From the NCBI GenBank assembly GCA_963708075.1, contig OY970194.1, forward strand, positions 3,424,001 to 3,488,000: DNA of 64,000 nucleotides, given 5' to 3'. The notes below the pieces were generated by a model that was not told the origin of the DNA, ran no database searches, and was given only the letters and a program-made list of their open reading frames with translations. The position numbers and the translations under genes were made by a program. The stretch comes from Sedimentisphaerales bacterium (lineage in GTDB: Bacteria; Planctomycetota; Phycisphaerae; Sedimentisphaerales; Anaerobacaceae). Positions within the stretch are counted from its first letter, which is position 1. The number at the start of each line of letters is the position of its first letter. Below are positions 39,662 through 47,962 of this stretch, piece after piece.

Positions 39662-40766
39662 TTGATCTTTGAATAGTTAAAGTAAAAGTGACACGATGTC
39701 ACAGTCTAAGCCCAGCATGCTTGAAGAACGAACGCAAGAGAGACTGGTGAGTTTTTGTCTGCTCCAGCGAATGTCGCACCGCCTGCGTGAGGTCAGTGAG
39801 ATTCTCCGGGCAGAAGTTGGCCAAGTCCATGTACTTCGTCCGCGTCCAGACCTGTTCATCAGGATTGAGTTGCGGGGCGTAGGACGGCAGCCATTCGATT
39901 TGTACTCGACGAGGGAACCGACGCCGGAGTTGCTCCACGGCGGACAGATGAACGGGCCAACGATCCAGGACCAGGATGATCCCGTGGGGAAAATGTTCAA
40001 GAAGTTCCGCCACGAGGGTTTCAATGTCGGGAGTACGGATGTTGTGCTCTTGGAGCGCGAAGTACAGGTCCAGATGCCGACGCTGCGGCGAGACCGTGAC
40101 CACCGACATTCCGGAGAGGCGGTCGTGACGCTCCCAACGGTACAGGAGCGGCGTATCCCCATGGGGACCCCAGGTCCGGCGGACCACCGGCTGGAGCATA
40201 AAGCCGGTTTCATCGAGAAAAACGATGTTTCGACCGCTATGCCGAGCTTTTTTTTATACGCGGCCAGTCTTGTTGACGCCAACGGGCAATGGCCTCTTCG
40301 TCGCGTTCGCGCGCCCGGCCTTCGGGTTTCTGGCAACTCCAGCCGATGCCACGCAGCACGTGCCAGACCCCGGAAGGGTCGTAGCGGACGCCGAAACGCC
40401 TCTCGATCACTTCGGCGATCCGCTTCAGCGTCCACAGGTCGGTCATATATCCGTGGGCGAGAGGACCTTTTAACAGCAACCGTTCCAGCTTCTGGCGTTG
40501 CCGGACCGTCAACTTGGGCCGGCGGCCGGGATGCGGCTTGGCCTTCAAGCCGTCCCGTCCCGCCTGCTGAGAAATCTTCTTCCACCGGGATACAGCCGCC
40601 GGCGAGACGCCGAGTCTCCGGGCCACTTCGCTGGGACCGTGACCGGCTTCGAGCAACGCGAAGGCCTGAAGCCGGTGACATTCGAGCTCTTCGGGTTTTC
40701 CTGGGGTTCTCATGCATGAAGATATCGATCCGTCACGGCGATTTACTTTAACTATTCAAAGATCAA
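39662..40766 (-). mobile_element. IS630-family insertion sequence, 1105 bp
   Basis: Perfect 25-bp terminal IR TTGATCTTTGAATAGTTAAAGTAAA and flanking TA dinucleotides; HTH ORF 40237-40713 and DDE ORF (FLDETG..VLDRW..PQLNPDE) ending 39699, joined at an A8 run. Confidence 0.95.
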
Positions 40767-40845
40767 TAGGGATCAGACATCACACATCTCAGGAGGTCTT
40801 CCCCCGACCACGCAGGCACAAATTGCCGCCGGCGGGTACCAGGGT

Positions 40846-41764
40846 ATGCAAAACAAAGCCAATTGCGGGGCCGGGAGCCTGGGATTGCGGATTGAAGAGC
40901 GGGAGGGCCCGTGTCAAACAAAGCCAATTTCCCGGCCGGACGAGCGGTGGGCAGTGCCCTGGTTGTTCTACACATGTGTCAAGATAGTCCCGCAGGGACG
41001 GGTGATGATAGCCCACCGTTTCAACGGTGGGTACGAATGCCCGAACCCCCCAAGCCCCACAGGGGCGAAAGAAAGCCGCCACGACCTTTGGCGCATTCTC
41101 TCGTCCCTGACGGGACTGCTCTTGTTTGCGGCCCTGGTTCCCCAGCGATCAATCGCTGGGCTATGGACTTTCGCCCTGCGGGCTTGGTCCGGCCCACCTG
41201 GGATAACCAGAATCATTCCGTCAGGCCAAGATGTGTAGAACAACGAGGGCAGTGCCCACCCTACAAAATGGCTGCCAGGCAACTTGTGCGAAACAAAGCC
41301 AATGGCGGGCCGGGGGCCGGCGATTGCGGATTGGGGATTGCAGATTGCGGATTGAACAGCAGGAGCAAACGTATCAAACAAACCCATTTTCGGGGAGCAG
41401 GTGGGGGCAGGACGCCACAGGAGCAGTTGTGCGAAACAAAGCCAATCCTCAGGGACATGGGCAAGGCATGCCTGCGCAAGCGCAGGCATGGCACCCAGTT
41501 CACGGAGAGCCGGTCGTGCGAAACAAAGCCAATTGGCTGGGAGCTGGATGAGCGATAACTACCGTTCAGAAAAGGGATTAGGAGAAAACGCATGGATTAT
41601 GCCCGTGCGAAAACAAAGCCAATTTCCGGAAGAAGACAAGGCCAAGATGGCCTCGCCACGTGGGAGAGCCATTTATGCGAAACAAAGCCAATTGTCCCAG
41701 CGGGCCATAGAAGCGGATGAGTGGCCCATGCGTGCGGTGGGCTGTCGTGCGAAACAAAGCCGAA
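40846..41764 (+). repeat. Interspaced array of nine (TGCG)AAACAAAGCCAAT repeats, not CRISPR
   Basis: Core starts at 40851, 40916, 41291, 41376, 41434, 41521, 41611, 41680 and 41752. Confidence 0.9.
40986..41185. repeat. Composite multi-hairpin miniature element; relative at 50838-51054
   Basis: Shared palindromes CCCACCGTTNNAACGGTGGG, CCCAGCGATNNATCGCTGGG and GTCCC/GCCCC..GGGAC/GGGGC hairpins. Confidence 0.8.
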
Positions 41765-41814
41765 GTTAGAGAACATAGGGCATATGGATAAGATTGAACC
41801 CGTGTGACGGGAGG

Positions 41815-43659
41815 TCACCAGGAGAGGTCGTCGTTGGGGTCGTAGGAGGCGGGGGTGGCGCTTGTGCGGGCGGGGTGCGGGGTCGGGCGGGTGCCTTCGA
41901 GGTAATGCATGGTCTTGTGCAGGATGGCGGCGGCGACGGGGGCGGCGACGGTGCCGCCGGTGTAGCCCTTCTTCAGGGCGACGTTGGGTTTGCGGATCGA
42001 GACCAGGACGATGACTCGCGGGTCCTCGGCGGGGGCGCCGGCGATGAAGGAGGCCATATACGCCTTTTCTTCATAGCCTCGGCCGCCGGGGATGGCCAGT
42101 TGGGCGGTGCCGCTTTTGCCGAAGACCTGCCATTCTTTGAGTTTCGCCTTGGTGCCGGTCCCTTCCTCGACGACGGCGACCATGGCCTGGGTGACCATCC
42201 ACTTGGCCACCTCCGGCTTGATCACGTAGCCAAGCTGCGGCTCGCGAGGTCGCATGTCGACCATGTTACCGTCCGGCTGTACGATGGTTCTGATGATGTA
42301 CGGCCGGCACAACCGGCCTCCATTGGCCAGCATGCAGAAGGCCCGGATCATCTGCATGGCCGTGACGGAGAATTCCTGGCCGAACGGAATGCGCGTAGGG
42401 CTGTAGCTGGTCCAGTCGCTGGTCGGGCGGAGCAGTCCCTCGGCCTCGCCGGGCAGTCCCACGCCCACCTGGCGGCCGAAACCAAAGAGCGTCATGCCCT
42501 CGTACAGCCGTGTCGGACCGAGACGCTGGCCGATCTTCGCCATGCCGATGTTGCTGGACTTGGCGATGATCTCTTTCACCGTCAGGTCGCCGAAGCCCTG
42601 CTTGTACTCGTTGATGGTTCCGAAGCCTCTGCCGTGGTAGTGGCCGTTTTCGCAGAAGATGGTCTCATACCGGCCGAGTACGGTGGTATCGAGCGCGATG
42701 GCGGCGACGACGGGCTTGATGATACTGCCCGGCTCGTACTGGTCCGTGAGCACGCGGTTGTAGAAACGGGCAGGGTCGGTTCGGCGTGCATCGGCGGGAT
42801 CGAAATCCGGCAGCGAGACCATGGCGAGGATCTCCCCGGTCTTCACGTCGACCACGACCGACACGGCTCCCTCCGCCTCATACGCCTTGTACTGGCTCAT
42901 CAGCTCCTCGCGGGCGAACTGCTGGATCGTCGCGTCGAGGGTCAGGAGGATGCCCGCGCCGTTGATGGGTAGCAGATTGTCCTTCTCGCCCTGCAGGCAG
43001 AAGGCGATCGGGCGGCGGTAGACATCGACGAAGAAGGTGTTCGTCGCTCCCTGTCCCTGCAACTCCCGGTCGTATCCGAACTCGACGCCGGCCAGTCCGC
43101 GGTTATCGACACTGGTGAAGCCGACGACATGCGAGGCGAGCGGGCCGGTCGGGTAGTACCTCTGCCAACTGTACTGGATGCCGATGCCCTGGATCGGGCG
43201 GACGGCCTCGCACTCGCTGGCCGAGGCCCCGACTTTGATCGGCACGTAGCCCTGGTTGTGGCTCTCCATGATGGTCTTGCAGATCTCGTGGGCGGGCATG
43301 TCGAGGGTCGCCGCGAGGCGGTTCGAGGTGTCCCTGGGCTCCCGGATGGCCCGCGGCTCGGCAAAGACCGTGCGGAACTGGTTGCTGGCGGCCAGCACCC
43401 TGCCGCGGGAATCGAGGATCGCGCCGCGCTGCGGCTCCAGGGGCACGTAGGCAAGCTGCTGGTCCATGCACTTGCCGGCATAGTAGTCGCCCCGGCTGTA
43501 CTGCAGATAGAAGCACCGCCAGCCCAGGACGAAGAACGCGAGCACGAGCAGGGACATGAGCACGACGATGGCGGTCAGCTCGCGCCTGCCGGCGCTCTGG
43601 CCCGCGACAGCCGGTCCCCCTATGCTCTTGATGAGACTTCTAAGACCCATGAGTGTCAC
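41815..43659 (-). CDS. ftsI: Class B PBP, FtsI/PBP3-like
   Basis: RGAILDSRG, RYYP, EPGSIIK, KSSN and GKSGTAQ motifs; follows an ftsL-like gene. Confidence 0.9.
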   Translation of the reverse strand: MTLMGLRSLIKSIGGPAVAGQSAGRRELTAIVVLMSLLVLAFFVLGWRCFYLQYSRGDYYAGKCMDQQLAYVPLEPQRGAILDSRGRVLAASNQFRTVFAEPRAIREPRDTSNRLAATLDMPAHEICKTIMESHNQGYVPIKVGASASECEAVRPIQGIGIQYSWQRYYPTGPLASHVVGFTSVDNRGLAGVEFGYDRELQGQGATNTFFVDVYRRPIAFCLQGEKDNLLPINGAGILLTLDATIQQFAREELMSQYKAYEAEGAVSVVVDVKTGEILAMVSLPDFDPADARRTDPARFYNRVLTDQYEPGSIIKPVVAAIALDTTVLGRYETIFCENGHYHGRGFGTINEYKQGFGDLTVKEIIAKSSNIGMAKIGQRLGPTRLYEGMTLFGFGRQVGVGLPGEAEGLLRPTSDWTSYSPTRIPFGQEFSVTAMQMIRAFCMLANGGRLCRPYIIRTIVQPDGNMVDMRPREPQLGYVIKPEVAKWMVTQAMVAVVEEGTGTKAKLKEWQVFGKSGTAQLAIPGGRGYEEKAYMASFIAGAPAEDPRVIVLVSIRKPNVALKKGYTGGTVAAPVAAAILHKTMHYLEGTRPTPHPARTSATPASYDPNDDLSW

Positions 43660-43874
43660 TGCTTACCACGATGGTGGGAGATCGAGGCCGGGTTGATCAG
43701 GCTCTCGACGCGAAGCTGCTTCTGCCACAGGTCCTGCTGGAGCCGGCGCTGCTCGACCTTGTACCGTTGCAGCGTGTAGAAAACGCGGTGATTGGAGTCT
43801 CGCAGAAACACGCTGACGATCAGTGTGGCTGCGAAAAAGAAGATCACCAGGACAAGGCCAAGCCGTGAGCTCAT
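43656..43874 (-). CDS. ftsL: FtsL-like small bitopic coiled-coil protein
   Basis: 72 aa, one TM plus heptad segment ending ESLINP; stop overlaps the ftsI start. Confidence 0.6.
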   Translation of the reverse strand: MSSRLGLVLVIFFFAATLIVSVFLRDSNHRVFYTLQRYKVEQRRLQQDLWQKQLRVESLINPASISHHRGKQ

Positions 43875-43893
43875 GAGCCGCTACCGTGAACGA

Positions 43894-44940
43894 TTACTTT
43901 GAGGGCAGCCGCAGACGCATTCCGGGGCTGACCTTGATGTCCCCCTTGAGGACATCCGCGTTGAGCTTCGTGATCTCTTCGTGCCTGATCCCGCTGCCAA
44001 GCTGCGTGGCGGCGATTCTCCAGAGGTTGTCGCCATCCTGAACCACGTACCAGCGCTCGGCGGTTGCAGGCTTGGCGGGCTCCGTCTTCGGCGCCACCGG
44101 TTTGGGGGCTTCCGTCTTTGACGCCACCGGCTTGGCAGGCTCGGTACTTTCCGGGACGGGGACACGCCTCTTGCCGATAGCCTCCACCTTCTCGAAAAGC
44201 GTCTTCGGCAGGACGGTGTCGGGCTTGGCCGGAGGCGGGATCACCAATTCCTGCCCAACGTGGATATCGTCGGGGGACTTGAGGATGTTGCGATTGGCCT
44301 CGAAGATGCGCTGATTGTTGATGATCCGGTTGCCCTCATCGAGCCCGTAGGCTTTCTTCGCGACGGTGCTCAGGTTGTCGCCATCGACGACGACGTAGGT
44401 CTTTCCGGCCTTTGCCGGAGCAGACGCGGCCGGCTTTGCGGTCTGTGTCGCCGCCGGCGGCTCCAGCTTGGGCTGCGCTTTCGCCACTTCGACGCTCGGG
44501 GCCGGCTCGGTCGTCCTCTCCTGAGCAGCGCCCGATTCGGAAGCCTTGACGACGATCTTGACGATGTCCTCCAGCCCTCTCGTGAGCTTTTCTATGCCGT
44601 CGGCGCTCGGCAGAATGGAGCGGGCGCCCTCCGTGGCGCTGTCCGCCGCCATAGTCTGTTCGGGGTTCGGTGTCGTCGGCTCGGCGCTCCGCGTCGCGGC
44701 CGCCGGGCCACTCTGCTCATCGCTTTGGTTGGCCAGCAACTGCGACCAACTGATCGTCTCACGGGCTTTCTGTTCCCTGTCGGCAAGGCCAAGGTCCTCA
44801 TCCTGTACGGACATCATGTTCGTGGCCATGTCGCCCTTGGTCGACTGAGGCCGCAGGTTCGGAAGGCCGTTGATGATGAAAGCAATCACAAAGATGAAGA
44901 TCAGTCCCAGCAGCAACCCGATTTTTGCGTCCGACGTCAT
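43894..44940 (-). CDS. Membrane-anchored double-LysM peptidoglycan-binding protein
   Basis: N-terminal TM; YVVVDGDNLSTVA...GQELVIP and YVVQDGDNLWRIA...GMRLRLP. Start ATG 44940. Confidence 0.9.
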   Translation of the reverse strand: MTSDAKIGLLLGLIFIFVIAFIINGLPNLRPQSTKGDMATNMMSVQDEDLGLADREQKARETISWSQLLANQSDEQSGPAAATRSAEPTTPNPEQTMAADSATEGARSILPSADGIEKLTRGLEDIVKIVVKASESGAAQERTTEPAPSVEVAKAQPKLEPPAATQTAKPAASAPAKAGKTYVVVDGDNLSTVAKKAYGLDEGNRIINNQRIFEANRNILKSPDDIHVGQELVIPPPAKPDTVLPKTLFEKVEAIGKRRVPVPESTEPAKPVASKTEAPKPVAPKTEPAKPATAERWYVVQDGDNLWRIAATQLGSGIRHEEITKLNADVLKGDIKVSPGMRLRLPSK

Positions 44941-45003
44941 GGTCTCAACTCCATTCCTACCGTTCGACTCGTTCCTGCCTGTCAGCCTGAGCATTCCTGC
45001 CCG

Positions 45004-45912
45004 TCAGTTCTTCTGTGCAATTCTCAGTTTCGCGCTTCTGGCCCTGTGGTTGGCGGCGATCTCTTCCTCGCTGGGTACGATCGGCTTCTTCGTCAGGATC
45101 CGATAGATGCCCTGCGCCTGGTTCTCCTTGAAGTCGCGTTTCACCATGCCATCCTCGAGACTGTGATAGCTGATGATCGCCACATAGCCGTCCTTCGCCA
45201 GCAACGCCGGCGCCGCATCAAGCAACTGCTCCAGGTTCTCCAACTCGCGGTTGACGGCAATCCGCAGGGCTTGGAACGTTCTGGTCGCCGGATGGATTCT
45301 CGACCTGTGTTTCCTGCCCGGCGTCCCCAAAGCAGCGGCGACGACCTGGGCCAACTGCCCGGTCGTCGTGATCGGCTCGCGCTCCCGGCGTCGCACGATG
45401 TACCGCGCGATCCGCCGTGACGCTCTGTCCTGACCATACTTGTAAATCAAATCTGCCAACGATTCTTCGTCGAATTCATTGATTATATCGGCCGCGCTAG
45501 TCTCCAAGCTTTCGTCAATTCTCATGTCCAGAGGCATATCCGTGCGAAAACTCAGCCCGATTTCACTGTCCGTGAGCTGGGCCGAGCAAAGCCCTAAATC
45601 AGCGAGGATGAAATCCGCCTCCGGGATGCCCAACTCTCGGATGCACTCCGCGATCTGCGAGAAATTGGATTTGATGAGAATGACCTTGCATGGAAGGCCT
45701 GCCAACCGTTGCCGGGCCCGCTCCAGCGACTTGCTGTCGACATCCAGGCCGACCAGCGTCCCCGCCGGACCCAGGCGTTTGCCGAACAGAAAGCTGTGAC
45801 CTCCGTGTCCTATGGTCGCATCGACCATCACCCCATCCTGAGGTAAACAGCTTATCTGTTCGGTTAAAGGTTCCGAAAGGACCGGAACGTGTTCTGTATT
45901 TGACTGTGTCAC
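45004..45912 (-). CDS. rsmH: 16S rRNA m4C1402 methyltransferase
   Basis: HVPVL, DATIGHGGH, PLDMR, TFQALRIAVN, YHSLED and RARSAKLR motifs. Confidence 0.97.
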   Translation of the reverse strand: MTQSNTEHVPVLSEPLTEQISCLPQDGVMVDATIGHGGHSFLFGKRLGPAGTLVGLDVDSKSLERARQRLAGLPCKVILIKSNFSQIAECIRELGIPEADFILADLGLCSAQLTDSEIGLSFRTDMPLDMRIDESLETSAADIINEFDEESLADLIYKYGQDRASRRIARYIVRRREREPITTTGQLAQVVAAALGTPGRKHRSRIHPATRTFQALRIAVNRELENLEQLLDAAPALLAKDGYVAIISYHSLEDGMVKRDFKENQAQGIYRILTKKPIVPSEEEIAANHRARSAKLRIAQKN

Positions 45913-45975
45913 CTATTCATCTGCAAACCATGCCCCTCGCGCCCCTTCCGGGAACGGAGGGGCTGCATCATCGGT

Positions 45976-46176
45976 TCAACCTACCGCCACCTCCGCGTGC
46001 TGCCGGAGTTGCTCGACATGGGGCGAGAACGTGACGCCGGCGAACAGAGGACTATGCCTCAGCCGCTCCAGGCGGTCGCTCAACACCGCCATCGAGGCGT
46101 ACGTCTTGTCATCCACGGGTCTTTTGCCGGTGAGACTGGCACCCACAACCTGACAATGGCGATCCATCCGGATCAT
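45976..46176 (-). CDS. Hypothetical 66-aa protein translationally coupled to mraZ
   Basis: GGAGG RBS; ATGA overlap with the mraZ stop; MIRMDRHCQVVGASLTGKRP... Confidence 0.65.
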   Translation of the reverse strand: MIRMDRHCQVVGASLTGKRPVDDKTYASMAVLSDRLERLRHSPLFAGVTFSPHVEQLRQHAEVAVG

Positions 46177-46673
46177 GGTACCTCCAACTCTGTCTCTGTC
46201 GATAATTCCCTGGCCTGTTGCTGCATGACTACTTGCCGCGCCTGGGTCATCTGCTTCTGGTACTGCTTCATGTGGTCCGCGACATACTGCTCCCAGTCCT
46301 GCGTGTTCCACAGCTCGATGTGATCCCTGACGCCGACGAGCGTGACATCTTCCTTGAGTCCGGCCCGTTTTCGCAACTTCTCGTTGAGCAGCAGCCGGCC
46401 CTGGTTGTCCAGCTCGATCTTGCTGGCCAGTGCGAAGCTGATCCGCTCGAACACCACCGCCTCATCCGGGGCCGTGCCCACCGGAGCCACCGACAGGGCA
46501 AGCTGCTCGAAATACTTCTCCGGGTACAGGCACAAAATCCCATTCGCCCCGAGGACAAGGTAGAAGTTGCCGCCATGCTGATCGACGTCCACCTGGTTGC
46601 GGAGCTTGTTCGAGACAAGCACCCGCCCCTTGTCGTCGATCACGTGCTGGTACTCTCCTGTTAACAACAGCAT
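46173..46673 (-). CDS. mraZ: Transcriptional regulator MraZ
   Basis: GEYQHVIDDKGR, LDNQGR and GVRDHIELW motifs. Start ATG 46673. Confidence 0.95.
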   Translation of the reverse strand: MLLLTGEYQHVIDDKGRVLVSNKLRNQVDVDQHGGNFYLVLGANGILCLYPEKYFEQLALSVAPVGTAPDEAVVFERISFALASKIELDNQGRLLLNEKLRKRAGLKEDVTLVGVRDHIELWNTQDWEQYVADHMKQYQKQMTQARQVVMQQQARELSTETELEVP

Positions 46674-46682
46674 GGCAAATGT

Positions 46683-46770
46683 CCCACTCTGTTTATCTTT
46701 CTTGGGAAATTCTACCATTCCCTCCCACTGAGTCAACACTTTGCTGCACATTTTCACAAATTTTTCCCAC
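46683..46770 (-). promoter_or_regulatory. mraZ promoter with GTGGG boxes (putative MraZ operator)
   Basis: Minus strand TTGACT-N16-TAGAAT (46736-46709) with extended -10 TG, and several GTGGG/ATGGT boxes. Confidence 0.65.
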
Positions 46771-46998
46771 TATTTTCTTATGGGACCCGCCTTCGTGACA
46801 GCGTAAATGCAGTCGAATGAGGTATTTACGGACTCTTACGGACTATCCTGACTGGCATTGAGCCTATCGCTTATTGTCTCGTGCTTCCGGCCTCCGTATC
46901 GTCTGTGGCGGCGGTTCAATGCTGGCCCATGCGAGAAAGCCCGACAGTGTTCTTGGAACGGGCCCGGTTGACGAGACAGAACAGAATGGAGGTGTGCC

Positions 46999-47685
46999 AT
47001 GACGACGGCCGTGAGAAGTGCCGAGGACATCAGAAACGACGTGAGAGAACAGTTAGCCTGGGACACCCGGGTGGATTCCTCGAACATCGAGGTGGACGTC
47101 GTCGACAGCACCGTGATCCTGGCGGGCACCGTGCCAACCTACCCCGACCGCAACCAGGCGCAGACCGACGCTCTCCAGGTCCCCGGAGTGACCGCCGTGG
47201 ACAATCGTCTTGTCGTGAGCTTCCCATCCGCCTACGTAATCCCGGCCGACTCGGAGATCTCCTTCAACGTGACCAGCGCCCTGTCGTGGAGCCCCAGCGT
47301 CGATGCGACCCGGATCCACGTGGCCGTAGACCAGGGCATTGTGACACTCTCGGGCACTGTGGACTCCTACTGGCAGAAGCACCGGGCGGAAGAAATCGCC
47401 GCCAACACCTCGGGGGTTACCGACGTGCGAGACGAGCTGACCGTCTCCCCCACCGCTCCCGCCGCCGTCGATGAAGACATCCGACGGGAGATCGTCGCCG
47501 CGCTGGAAAGGAACACAAGCATCGACACCAGCGGAGTGAGCGTCGAAGTCAACAACGGTCTTGTGACGCTGACCGGAGCCGTCCCCGATTACGCCGCCTT
47601 CCGCACCGTCGAGGACGCCGCACGCTACACCACCGGCGTGCTCGAGGTCAACAACACCCTCACCATCGAATCCCAGGCTTCATAG
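46999..47685 (+). CDS. Triple BON-domain protein
   Basis: Three repeats of D..I...V..G.V.L.G.V...A....GV..V.N.L; GGAGG RBS. Confidence 0.92.
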   Translation: MTTAVRSAEDIRNDVREQLAWDTRVDSSNIEVDVVDSTVILAGTVPTYPDRNQAQTDALQVPGVTAVDNRLVVSFPSAYVIPADSEISFNVTSALSWSPSVDATRIHVAVDQGIVTLSGTVDSYWQKHRAEEIAANTSGVTDVRDELTVSPTAPAAVDEDIRREIVAALERNTSIDTSGVSVEVNNGLVTLTGAVPDYAAFRTVEDAARYTTGVLEVNNTLTIESQAS

Positions 47686-47962
47686 GGTGGCAGTTGGAAT
47701 CGCCAACGGCACGCGTGTGCCCCACATAACCGGTTCTGTCCCTGCACAGGCACTCACTCTGACGACATACGGTTCTGTCCCAATACGTCTTACGGATCAT
47801 ACTGACCACTCACGGCATTTTCGTGTCACGTCATTGACTTCGGGGTGGCAGCGTCAAGCGCAGCTTGGCGATGGGCTTGCTGGGACGCGGTACAGCCATC
47901 GCCAAGGCCTTCGGCCTTGACGCTGCCACCCGGAGATGTGAAGCTCTCGGTAATAACAGACG

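Noticed and set aside
39677..40751. 346-aa and 351-aa ORFs spanning IS630
   Set aside because: Alternative-frame and antisense shadows of the transposase in GC-rich DNA.
40846..41764. CRISPR array
   Set aside because: The repeat core is only ~13-19 bp and degenerate, spacing is irregular (58-90 bp), and there are no cas genes or leader. Kept as a non-CRISPR array.
40789..41818. ORFs over the array (e.g. 40911-41558, 40968-41489)
   Set aside because: They are translations of repeats in several frames, with no RBS or domain signal.
47725..47781. Direct repeat CGGTTCTGTCCC x2
   Set aside because: Only two short copies; too little to call a feature.
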